DNA of 64,000 nucleotides. Origin: Patescibacteria group bacterium. Lineage in GTDB: Bacteria > Patescibacteriota > Patescibacteriia > Patescibacteriales > UBA12465. Below are positions 43,513-51,412 of the stretch, in pieces. A model generated the notes under the pieces. It saw nothing but the letters and a program-made list of their open reading frames with translations, made no database searches and was not told the DNA's origin. Position numbers and translations under genes: made by a program. The stretch is taken from assembly GCA_041664445.1 (NCBI GenBank), contig JBAYKT010000005.1:7438-71437 (forward strand), in the 5' to 3' direction. Position 1 is the first letter of the stretch. The number at the start of each line of letters is the position of its first letter.

Positions 43513-44268
43513 TTATTTGGCGCTTAAATTAAGTTCCAACTTTACTACCTCATCCACGTTGGCTAAAAATGGCAAATCAGGAATTACTAAACCAAAATTA
43601 GCATAGCTCAGATTAGTACTAGCGGAACCAACAAGACTGCCGTCACTCTTCCAGGTAACGCTACCGTCAAAAGTAGTTGGCTTAGTCACCCCGGAGATAG
43701 TTAAATCGCCAGTAATTTTTACAGGGAATGATTTATCGGCTGTTAGAGTTTCCGGAACGCCGGTGATGCTAGTCGTGTGAAAAATGATAAACTGATTTTC
43801 CGGTTTATCAGATTTTAAAACCATACTAATAACATTTTTATCGCGCAGCTGCTTGTCTGTGGTAAAGCTAGTAGCATCAAGCTTAATGTCGCCAATCGTA
43901 ATTGTTGCCGGTTGAGAAACAGCGTCAACCGCAATTTGACCGTTTAACTGATGACTGGTGCCGACCACAAAAGTCGGAACGCCGCTTAAAAGTTCGTTAA
44001 GGCTATATTTAGCCTCTGAATCCTCGGACACAATATTTAAAATTTTGGCGTTAGCGCTTAAACTTAGCAGGTTGCTATCAATCGGCGGATTAGCGCTATT
44101 TTCCGGAGTAACGGCGGCCACTAATTCATCAGTAGTTTTTATTTCCGCCTGCTCTTCCCCGGCTGGTGAATTATAATTAATATTGTCTTTGTTGGCGGAG
44201 CCTAAAGTGCAGCCACCGACAAATAGGGTGGCGGTCAGAACCGCCAAGACACCGACTTGTTTTCTCAT
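43513..44268 (-). CDS. YceI-like lipoprotein
   Basis: Lipobox LFVGGC. C-terminal ITGDLTISGVTKPTTF typical of YceI-like domains. Confidence 0.55.
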   Translation of the reverse strand: MRKQVGVLAVLTATLFVGGCTLGSANKDNINYNSPAGEEQAEIKTTDELVAAVTPENSANPPIDSNLLSLSANAKILNIVSEDSEAKYSLNELLSGVPTFVVGTSHQLNGQIAVDAVSQPATITIGDIKLDATSFTTDKQLRDKNVISMVLKSDKPENQFIIFHTTSITGVPETLTADKSFPVKITGDLTISGVTKPTTFDGSVTWKSDGSLVGSASTNLSYANFGLVIPDLPFLANVDEVVKLELNLSAK

Positions 44269-44422
44269 ATTTTTAAAATTTAAAGATTAATATCTTAGTT
44301 ATTATTCCGGGGATTATCCAGAATATTTCATAACTATAAGTAAATTAGTTATAGATACCAATATCTTAGCTTTTTTATTTTATTTTGTAAAGCCCGCCTT
44401 AATCAAGGCTGGCCGCGAGTCA

Positions 44423-45349
44423 TTAGCGATTAACAAAAAGTTCGGTTAAAATAAAAATTAGATAAAGAAGAAACAACAGCGCCGCTTCTTTCTTGTTTAA
44501 CCTCTTATCTGATTTCATAAAATAAAATAAGAAGAAGGCCGCCAAAAGCATAAAGGAGCCGGTAACATATACGATTTTAGAATTAAACGCAAAGGGGTTA
44601 ATGAGCGCCATAATACCAACAATAATCGTGGCATCGGCGACCACTGTCCCCAAAATGTCCCCCAGAGCTAAATCGTCGTGATGATGTCTGGCAGCTTTAA
44701 TAGAAAAAAATAATTCCGGCAAAGTTGTCCCCAAGCCAACAATCAGCATGCCGATTAAAGCGGAATTAACTTTGAGGCTCTGAGCCAAATCAATGCCGTA
44801 TTTCACAGTAAAATGAGCTCCTAATAAAATTCCACCCATGCTAAGCACTAAAAATAGCAAATTTTTTACTTTAAATTTCTCCCGATCAACTTTAACGGCA
44901 TAAACATTATTTTTCAAAATCAAATAATAAAATAAAGCACCAACAATAATTAAAAGTAGGCCGTCTACCCGAGAGTAATATCCATTCAAACCAAGAAGTA
45001 GGGGCACAATTAAGGCTCCGAAATGCAGAAATCGATTTTTAATAAGCTTGCTCTCTATTTTTAAGTTTCTGCCTGATAGAAAAACGACTAATCCAAAAAC
45101 TAAAGTTAAATCGGCAATATTAGAACCAAATAAAGTTCCCAGACCGAAGGCTGGAATTTTTTCCAGGGCCGAAGTAATGGCAATAAACATTTCCGGCAAA
45201 ACGGAAATCAGGGCCACGACCACAAAACCAATAATATATTTCGGAAGGTTAAGGCTTTCTGCTAAACTGGCAGAATAACGAATAGAAAAATCAGCGCTTT
45301 TAATTACCACTAACAAAGCGACTAATAATAAAATAATGGTTAAAAACAT
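44423..45349 (-). CDS. CaCA-family cation/Ca2+ exchanger (YrbG-like)
   Basis: 308 aa. Two alpha-repeats (SVLPEMFIAITSA / GSNIADLTLVFG and GTTLPELFFSIKAA / GDILGTVVADATIIVG). Confidence 0.75.
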   Translation of the reverse strand: MFLTIILLLVALLVVIKSADFSIRYSASLAESLNLPKYIIGFVVVALISVLPEMFIAITSALEKIPAFGLGTLFGSNIADLTLVFGLVVFLSGRNLKIESKLIKNRFLHFGALIVPLLLGLNGYYSRVDGLLLIIVGALFYYLILKNNVYAVKVDREKFKVKNLLFLVLSMGGILLGAHFTVKYGIDLAQSLKVNSALIGMLIVGLGTTLPELFFSIKAARHHHDDLALGDILGTVVADATIIVGIMALINPFAFNSKIVYVTGSFMLLAAFFLFYFMKSDKRLNKKEAALLFLLYLIFILTELFVNR

Positions 45350-45378
45350 GATTATCTAAGATTAACTATTTTTAGATT

Positions 45379-45421
45379 TATATAACAAAAATACCACATT
45401 TCATAGTATTTTGTCTATTTG
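45379..45421. repeat. intergenic terminator/promoter-module repeat, copy A
   Basis: TATATAACAAAAATACCAC..hairpin..TTGTCTATTTG. 19 + 11 nt identical to copy B. Confidence 0.7.
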
Positions 45422-45527
45422 TTTAATTATGTAAACAGATATTGACCTCTATAGCCTAATATGGTATTTTAATTAATCAACAAAAAAACTAACGAACATT
45501 AAAAACAAATAAAAATTGGAGGTAAAC

Positions 45528-46274
45528 ATGAAGAAGTTAACAATTTTTTTAGCAATTTTTTTTCTAGCGCTGACTAATATTTCCGCGCAAGATTACGACG
45601 GTTTATCCTTTTGGTTTGGAAGCTCATGGAACCGAATCAGCGTCTCCCATTTACCGGAGTATTTGCGGGACATTCCTGCTCACAAAAAAGATGGCGGTAA
45701 AGCAACCGGCATCATCACCAGAGAGGCTTACGACTACGCCTTCTCTATTCCCTTTGACTTGCGCTATGAATATCCCAGTAAAACTAACACCCACTTTGGT
45801 TTTGGCATTACCATGGTTATTCCAATAGAAAGCTTCGCTAAAAGGAATTACACTAATGCCCCCGGCACCGATAAAAGAGGCTATGGCGCTGCTTTAACTT
45901 TTGCCGGCATCACGACTCTCGGGCCCTTTAGTTCTTTGGCCGGTATAAGACCAGTTCTTCCTGGCTTGGCCTTTACGCCAAATTTTTTCATGGAAACAAG
46001 TTTGAAAAACAACGTTAAAACACATTTAGCTTTAGGTTACCAGGCTTTGGGGGCAATTAATGGTTGGGATCGCTATGACCAGCTACAGTCCAGGCAAATA
46101 AAAGTTTTAGCCCACATTTTTTCCTTAAGCGCTGGCTTAAAAGCTAAGTTCTTAAAAACTAACTGGGAAATCGGACCGAGCGTCTTGTTGCCAATTAAAA
46201 CTAGCACCGGACGCGAGGCTGAAGTTAAAACCTCGGCTGGCCTTTATCTGTTCGTTCAGATGCCTGAAGATTAA
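45528..46274 (+). CDS. secreted beta-rich protein, possible small beta-barrel
   Basis: Signal peptide MKKLTIFLAIFFLALTNISAQ. Repeated amphipathic strands (HFGFGITMVIPI, GAALTFAGITTL, HLALGYQALGAI, HIFSLSAGLKAKF, SAGLYLFVQM). Confidence 0.4.
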   Translation: MKKLTIFLAIFFLALTNISAQDYDGLSFWFGSSWNRISVSHLPEYLRDIPAHKKDGGKATGIITREAYDYAFSIPFDLRYEYPSKTNTHFGFGITMVIPIESFAKRNYTNAPGTDKRGYGAALTFAGITTLGPFSSLAGIRPVLPGLAFTPNFFMETSLKNNVKTHLALGYQALGAINGWDRYDQLQSRQIKVLAHIFSLSAGLKAKFLKTNWEIGPSVLLPIKTSTGREAEVKTSAGLYLFVQMPED

Positions 46275-46295
46275 ATTTCTTTAAAATTAAAAACA

Positions 46296-46330
46296 CAAAA
46301 AAACCGTCAACACCCTGACGGTTTTTTTAA
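46296..46330. terminator. bidirectional terminator
   Basis: CCGTCA-N6-TGACGG followed by T7, preceded by an A-run. Confidence 0.8.
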
Positions 46331-46352
46331 GATAAGTAGCTTATTTACAAAA

Positions 46353-46859
46353 CTACCAACCAATTTCGCTATAATGGACGTTATTATTAATATTATCCAA
46401 GACGGTTTTAATTTCCGGAACTAAATTACTTGGTAAATTATTTAGCGCAAACCATTTCAGTTCATCGCATTTTTCCGGTTCCATATTAGTAATTTCTCCC
46501 TCCCATTTGTTGGCACTCACAAAAATATCAAAATACTCACGGTCGGTTGCCAGTCGATGGATAACATTAACTACTTTTAAGTCACCGGCATTCAATACGA
46601 TTCCGGCCTCCTCCAACGCTTCACGCGCGATACATTGGGCCGCGGTCTCCCCGCCATCAAAATGGCCGGAAACTAAGCTATAGTTTCCGTCTTGATAACC
46701 GGTATTATAGCGTCTCAAGAGCAAAATCTGTTCGTCTTTTACCAGGACTAAATAGGCGGCGGCGTAAGGCTTGAATCTTTCTTCTATATTAGACATATTA
46801 TTTATGACATCAATGTTGATTAACTTTGCCATTCCAAGTAACAGAACTAAATTATCCAC
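46353..46859 (-). CDS. Nudix hydrolase (start uncertain: M1, M10 or M22)
   Basis: Nudix box SGHFDGGETAAQCIAREALEEAGI. Confidence 0.8.
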   Translation of the reverse strand: MDNLVLLLGMAKLINIDVINNMSNIEERFKPYAAAYLVLVKDEQILLLRRYNTGYQDGNYSLVSGHFDGGETAAQCIAREALEEAGIVLNAGDLKVVNVIHRLATDREYFDIFVSANKWEGEITNMEPEKCDELKWFALNNLPSNLVPEIKTVLDNINNNVHYSEIGW

Positions 46860-47736
46860 AATTCTCTTTCAATATTCTATTATAAATTGTCAGACAATTT
46901 TGCGCATCTCCGGTGTCTTTCCATTTTCTATATTTACATATATCCTGCTTGGATGGATATTTATGCACAAGAATATCAGACCGCCTGAACATGTCTTGCT
47001 CAATAATAGTTTTTGATTTTTCATAGATTCCCTCAATATCTTGTTCGTCATCACAATTATAATCAGAAAAACTTTCTTTAACTCTAGTTAAATCTAGACT
47101 GTTATCTTTAAGAACACTCCTATAAACATAGCCGTTCAAACGACACCCAGGACTAGAATCTTCTAATTTTAGTTTATACCAATATTTACCTTTTCTATAA
47201 ACAATGCGTAAATCATCTTTATTATCATATTGAATAACGCAGGTGTCATACTTTGTCTCCAATTGTTTGTATTCGCCTCCAAACAAAATTGGATTTATAT
47301 TCATCACCTTAAAGGGTACATATAGTTTGCGATGCGGCTCACACCAATCAAAACAAGATGATTCATTCGAAGTATAAATAAATAAACGGCCATTACTGAA
47401 AAAAACTTTAGCACCCTCTAAATTAGGTCGATTTAAAAATAACAAATATAGGATAAAGATAATGATAGCCAAAATACTTATTATTTTTTTACCAAGACGC
47501 TTCTTTTTCGGTTGATTGTTATTATTATCTACAACATTCTTTTTACTTTTTAATAAAACAAAGACTGAAAAAGTAAAAATTGTTACCGGGGCGTAAGTAT
47601 AAATTAAAGCGTTTAATGAATTAGAATTATCACGAAAAATATAATTATAAAGAAGTAACGCCACAAAAACTAATGACACAAAAAAAGCCGCTAAAAATAA
47701 CTTGGACAATATATCCAAAATTTTATTGATTTTCAT
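46852..47736 (-). CDS. orphan membrane-anchored Cys/Tyr/Lys-rich protein
   Basis: 294 aa. Three N-terminal hydrophobic segments, no recognisable domain. Confidence 0.45.
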   Translation of the reverse strand: MKINKILDILSKLFLAAFFVSLVFVALLLYNYIFRDNSNSLNALIYTYAPVTIFTFSVFVLLKSKKNVVDNNNNQPKKKRLGKKIISILAIIIFILYLLFLNRPNLEGAKVFFSNGRLFIYTSNESSCFDWCEPHRKLYVPFKVMNINPILFGGEYKQLETKYDTCVIQYDNKDDLRIVYRKGKYWYKLKLEDSSPGCRLNGYVYRSVLKDNSLDLTRVKESFSDYNCDDEQDIEGIYEKSKTIIEQDMFRRSDILVHKYPSKQDICKYRKWKDTGDAQNCLTIYNRILKENCG

Positions 47737-47752
47737 ATTTATATTTATATAC

Positions 47753-47795
47753 TATATAACAAAAATACCACGGAAACGGTATTTTTGTCTATTTG
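47753..47795. repeat. intergenic module repeat, copy B
   Basis: TATATAACAAAAATACCAC-GGAAACGGTATTT-TTGTCTATTTG. Confidence 0.7.
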
Positions 47796-47838
47796 CTCTG
47801 AGGGCTGGAGATGTGCCGGGATGCCTTTTGGTAAATAA

Positions 47839-47870
47839 AAACGAGCGATTTGAAATCCGCTCGTTAAAAG
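47839..47870 (-). terminator. terminator of the 79-aa gene
   Basis: ACGAGCG-N10-CGCTCGT with a T-run on the minus strand. Confidence 0.7.
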
Positions 47871-47877
47871 AGTTTAA

Positions 47878-48117
47878 TTACCATAAATTATTTGGCGTAC
47901 GTTTTACAGTTTTTTTATGGCAATCCCTGTCGGCATAAGCTTTTTTTTGAGACCTTCTTATTTGTCTCAATTTCTTTTTTTTGCTTACTTTCTTGTGTTT
48001 TTTGTTATTTTTTTTAAACTCCGTTTTATGTTTGTGATTGGTTGCCGTATTTGCCAAGGCAACATTAGAGATTAAAATACTAACAACAAGAATGATAAAA
48101 AAAACAATCTTTTTCAT
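47878..48117 (-). CDS. secreted, extremely cationic 79-aa peptide precursor
   Basis: Signal peptide MKKIVFFIILVVSILISNVALA. 57-aa mature part with 17 K, 5 R, 4 H and only 3 acidic residues. Consensus promoter. Confidence 0.45.
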   Translation of the reverse strand: MKKIVFFIILVVSILISNVALANTATNHKHKTEFKKNNKKHKKVSKKKKLRQIRRSQKKAYADRDCHKKTVKRTPNNLW

Positions 48118-48152
48118 GGTATACTATTTAAGTTTTAAAAGTTCTAAAAAGA

Positions 48153-48241
48153 TTATATCATAATATTATGATTTTGTCAATAATATAACAAAAAATAGAC
48201 TAATATTAGTCTATTTAATGTAATTGCTCAGGGATAGGGAT
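48153..48241. repeat. ~89-bp repeat copy C: promoter + terminator hairpin + 15-nt tRNA-Gln 3'-end duplicate
   Basis: 48174..48241 matches 48819..48886 at 66 of 68 nt. Minus strand TTGACA-17-TATAAT. AATAGACTA-ATAT-TAGTCTATT hairpin. Confidence 0.85.
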
Positions 48242-48285
48242 ATAGGCGGAACAAACTCTTGGCTTTGAAACTTAAACTAAATTAA

Positions 48286-48320
48286 AAGCCCCAAAATAAA
48301 TAAATTTCGGGGCTTTAGAA
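48286..48320 (-). terminator. terminator of the 126-aa gene
   Basis: AGCCCCGAAA-N..-TTTTGGGGCT hairpin with a T-run on the minus strand. Confidence 0.6.
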
Positions 48321-48354
48321 AATACTTTTTGCATCACTCGCTTAGTTTTTTCTA

Positions 48355-48735
48355 CTAAGAAACAAATTGGTCAACATATTCCAAAAGTTCGTTAGTCACT
48401 CTCAAAATCTGAGGAGCACCATCAATATGTAAAGTATTTTGAGGACAATCTGCATTTCCTGAATACGTTTCCATAATTACAGATCCCTCACTGATAAGAC
48501 GGGATAAGGCACTCCCATTATCGACGCCACTTAAGAGGTCACGACTTGCAACATTTTTGTTGGCCCAGGTAAAAGAATCGCCGGTTTTTTTGTAGTTATA
48601 AAAACACGAGCATATTGCCTGGGTGGCAATAACTTCCGCTTCGATGTTTTGCCATCTACTTCCCATTAAGGAGTCTTGATTTTTTTTCAAAATATCAGCA
48701 ATTTTCTTTAACAGTTCTGCGTTAATAGCTTCCAT
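48355..48735 (-). CDS. orphan 126-aa cytoplasmic protein
   Basis: No recognisable motif. Driven by the TTGACA-17-TATAGT promoter of repeat copy D. Confidence 0.45.
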   Translation of the reverse strand: MEAINAELLKKIADILKKNQDSLMGSRWQNIEAEVIATQAICSCFYNYKKTGDSFTWANKNVASRDLLSGVDNGSALSRLISEGSVIMETYSGNADCPQNTLHIDGAPQILRVTNELLEYVDQFVS

Positions 48736-48797
48736 AAGATGTTTCTTTTTTAAATGAATATTTGGTTTTTAATAATACTATCTAACAATGAATTAAA

Positions 48798-48886
48798 CTA
48801 TATCATATTTATCTAAACTTGTCAATAATATAACAAAAAATAGACTAATACTAGTCTATTTAATGTAATTGCTCGGGGATAGGGAT
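48798..48886. repeat. repeat copy D (overlaps the genuine 3' end of tRNA-Gln)
   Basis: See copy C. Constant offset of 645 bp. Confidence 0.85.
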
Positions 48887-48942
48887 TCGAACCCCAATAG
48901 CCAGGACCAGAACCTGGAGTCCTACCGTTAGACGATCCCCGA
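48872..48942 (-). tRNA. tRNA-Gln (anticodon CTG), CCA not encoded
   Basis: Acceptor TCGGGGA/TCCCCGA (U1-A72), anticodon stem CCAGG/CCTGG, loop TTCTGGT, T-arm TGGGG-TTCGAAT-CCCTA. Confidence 0.85.
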
Positions 48943-48948
48943 ATATCT

Positions 48949-49404
48949 TTATTTAATTTCCTTCAACTTCTTAATAAGCTTCTCCCAAGTCGCCACTGTG
49001 CCAGTCTCGACCTTAAATAACGAATGGACTTCCAGCTCTAATATTTTTTTCAACTCAACAAATCTCTTAGCATCTCTCGTTTCCAACTTTTTCAATAAAT
49101 GCTCAAATTCATATTTAATCTGACCCGTGCTTACTTTAATTTTTTCTATATTTTTTTTCAAGAGCCCGATTTTTGCCTTTTCAAATTTATAACCACGGCT
49201 AAAGGCTTCCTTATAAATTCCATCCAAAAAAGCATTAATATAATCAAGCGGATTTTCTTGCTCCTTAAATCGTTCCAACTGCGGATGGTTTTTATAACCC
49301 TTAGTCTTCCCCTCTAAAACTTTTTTAGCCAAAAGAGCTTCCCGCCAAACGGCTAAAAGTCCTTGCCGATCTAAATATTTAGGGGACAAACTCCAAAGAC
49401 GCAT
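48949..49404 (-). CDS. pyrimidine-dimer DNA glycosylase (T4 endonuclease V / DenV-like family)
   Basis: 151 aa. MRLWSLSPKYLDRQGLLAVWREALLAKKVL..KGYKNHPQL signature of the bacterial Pyr_excise family. Confidence 0.7.
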   Translation of the reverse strand: MRLWSLSPKYLDRQGLLAVWREALLAKKVLEGKTKGYKNHPQLERFKEQENPLDYINAFLDGIYKEAFSRGYKFEKAKIGLLKKNIEKIKVSTGQIKYEFEHLLKKLETRDAKRFVELKKILELEVHSLFKVETGTVATWEKLIKKLKEIK

Positions 49405-49405
49405 T

Positions 49406-50917
49406 TTATTTAATATCTTCAGCTTCTATTTTTGGCCGCATCAACGGAAACAAAGTTGTTTCTCTAACCGGCTTATCCATCATAAAAGCAAATAAGCGTT
49501 CACCGAAACCAAAGCCACAAGTTGGTGGCATACCATATTCCAACATTTCCACAAATTCCCAATCAGGCATCATCGCCTCCTTATCGCCTCTATCAATTAA
49601 TTTCTGTTGCAAAGCAAAGCGATTATATTGGTCAACCGGATCGTTTAATTCCGAAAAGCCGTTGCCCATTTCACTCCCGGCAATAATAACCTGAAAGCGT
49701 TCAGTGAGTTCCGGATTATCAGTTTTAGCCTTAGACAAAGGCGACACTAATTTCGGATGGTTAATTAAAAATACCGGACCGGCAATACTCTTGCGGCAAT
49801 ATTTCCAAAGAGTGTCGGTTAAGCGTTCGCGATTATCGCCTTCATATTTAACTTGGAGCTCTTCCAACTTGGCTTTCATTTCCGCTTCCGTAGCTTTTAA
49901 AACATCAATTCCGGTTTGACGCAAAACTTCGCTTTGATAATCCAAGCGCGGCCACTGGCCAGCCAAATCATATTCAAAACCCTTGGTGGTAAACTTAGTT
50001 CTGCCAAAAACTTGCTGGGCGATTTCTTGATATAAATCTTGAGTAATCTTCATACCCATTTCATAATCGGCATAGGCCATATAAAATTCCATGTTGGTAA
50101 ATTCCTGCAAATGATCGGGACTGGAACCTTCATTGCGATAAACGCGGCCAATTTCAAAAGTCTTTTCATATCCGGCAGCCATTAAACGCTTTTGCCAAAG
50201 CTCGCCGACAGAGATGCGCAAAAACACATCCAAATCATAATCGTCATGATGAGTCTTAAAAGGATTGGCTTCGGCACCACCGGTGGTTGTTTCTAAGGTC
50301 GGGGTTTCAATTTCAAAAAAACCGCGCGCCTTCAAAAAATTTCTGGTCACTTCCCAAAACTTTGCTTTCTTGCGAAACATTTCACGCGTTTCCGGAGATA
50401 AAATTAAATCTAAATAACGTTTGCGATATCTATCGTCATCATCCTTTAAGCCATACCAAGCATCAGGAATCGGTCTTAAAGCTTTAGTCAAAATATTCCA
50501 ACTCTTGGCCATTAAGCTCTGCTCGCCTTTATGTGTCAAAAAAGCGACGCCAGCAACCGAAATAAAATCACCATTATCAATTAGTTTTACAAAATTTTTA
50601 TAGCCTTCATCACCCAACTCTTTCTTGGACAAAGCAATTTGCAAACGACCACTCTCATCCTCTAAATCTACAAAAGTTAAATTACCATGACTGCGAACAC
50701 TACGCAGGCGGCCGGCAACATTAACGACACTCAAATCCGCGGCCAATTTGTCAAAAGACTCTAAAACTTCAGAGGTATTTTTATCTCTGATAGTCTTAGC
50801 CGGATAAGGATTCAAGCCTTTAGCTTTAAGCTCGCTTAATTTTTTTAAACGTTCTTCGCGCTCACTGATTTTTCCGGATTCGTCTTGTTGTTGTTCTTTA
50901 CTTGTAGCCGCAGACAT
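49406..50917 (-). CDS. lysS: lysyl-tRNA synthetase, class II
   Basis: 503 aa. OB anticodon-binding domain plus class II motifs (FFEIETPTL, YRNEG, GFGFGERL). Confidence 0.95.
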   Translation of the reverse strand: MSAATSKEQQQDESGKISEREERLKKLSELKAKGLNPYPAKTIRDKNTSEVLESFDKLAADLSVVNVAGRLRSVRSHGNLTFVDLEDESGRLQIALSKKELGDEGYKNFVKLIDNGDFISVAGVAFLTHKGEQSLMAKSWNILTKALRPIPDAWYGLKDDDDRYRKRYLDLILSPETREMFRKKAKFWEVTRNFLKARGFFEIETPTLETTTGGAEANPFKTHHDDYDLDVFLRISVGELWQKRLMAAGYEKTFEIGRVYRNEGSSPDHLQEFTNMEFYMAYADYEMGMKITQDLYQEIAQQVFGRTKFTTKGFEYDLAGQWPRLDYQSEVLRQTGIDVLKATEAEMKAKLEELQVKYEGDNRERLTDTLWKYCRKSIAGPVFLINHPKLVSPLSKAKTDNPELTERFQVIIAGSEMGNGFSELNDPVDQYNRFALQQKLIDRGDKEAMMPDWEFVEMLEYGMPPTCGFGFGERLFAFMMDKPVRETTLFPLMRPKIEAEDIK

Positions 50918-50924
50918 ATAATTT

Positions 50925-51383
50925 TTATTCGATTTTTGTAATTTTATATTTGACTATTCCCCGCGGAGTTTCTACTTCAACCTGGGCTCCTTTATGGCGA
51001 TGCAAGAAAGCCACCCCCAAAGGAGATTCATTGGAAATTTTACCGTTTAAAGGATCGGCTTCGTTAAAACTAACGATTGTATATTGTTTTTCTTTGCCAT
51101 CACTCACCACCGTGACTTTAGAGCCCATGACTACTTCGCCGCTCGGGCCGCCATTTTCGACGATGGTCACATTTTTCAAAATATTGGTCAGTTCTAAAAC
51201 TTTGCCCTCGTTTAAAGCTTGGGCATCCTTAGCTTCACTGTATTCGGCGTTCTCGCTTAAGTCCCCCAATTCTTTGGCTCTTTCTATTCTTTCCGCGATT
51301 TCCTTGCGCTTCGTGGTAGTCAAATAGCTAAGCTCATCTTTAATTTTGTTATACCCTTCTTGGGAGATTATCTGCTCATTCAT
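50925..51383 (-). CDS. greA: transcription elongation factor GreA
   Basis: 152 aa. Coiled-coil N-terminus with DLSENAEYSEAK motif, C-terminal FKBP-like domain. Confidence 0.9.
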   Translation of the reverse strand: MNEQIISQEGYNKIKDELSYLTTTKRKEIAERIERAKELGDLSENAEYSEAKDAQALNEGKVLELTNILKNVTIVENGGPSGEVVMGSKVTVVSDGKEKQYTIVSFNEADPLNGKISNESPLGVAFLHRHKGAQVEVETPRGIVKYKITKIE

Positions 51384-51412
51384 AATTTTTAATTTATTAA
51401 AATTAATTATGT

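Larger units (their letters stand above)
46860..48871. mobile_element. AT-rich three-cassette islet downstream of tRNA-Gln (possible degraded integrative elements; no integrase seen)
   Basis: Visibly lower G+C than the flanks. Three orphan genes, each preceded by a repeated module. A tRNA 3'-end duplicate sits at 48227..48241. Confidence 0.3.

Noticed and set aside
47806-47822. TGGAGATGTGCCGGGAT read on the minus strand as T-stem + acceptor + discriminator + CCA of a tRNA 3' end (a second att-like scar)
   Set aside because: It is only 17 nt, no matching tRNA is in the window, and it aligns only weakly to tRNA-Gln. It is kept as a remark inside the cassette finding but is not supportable on its own.
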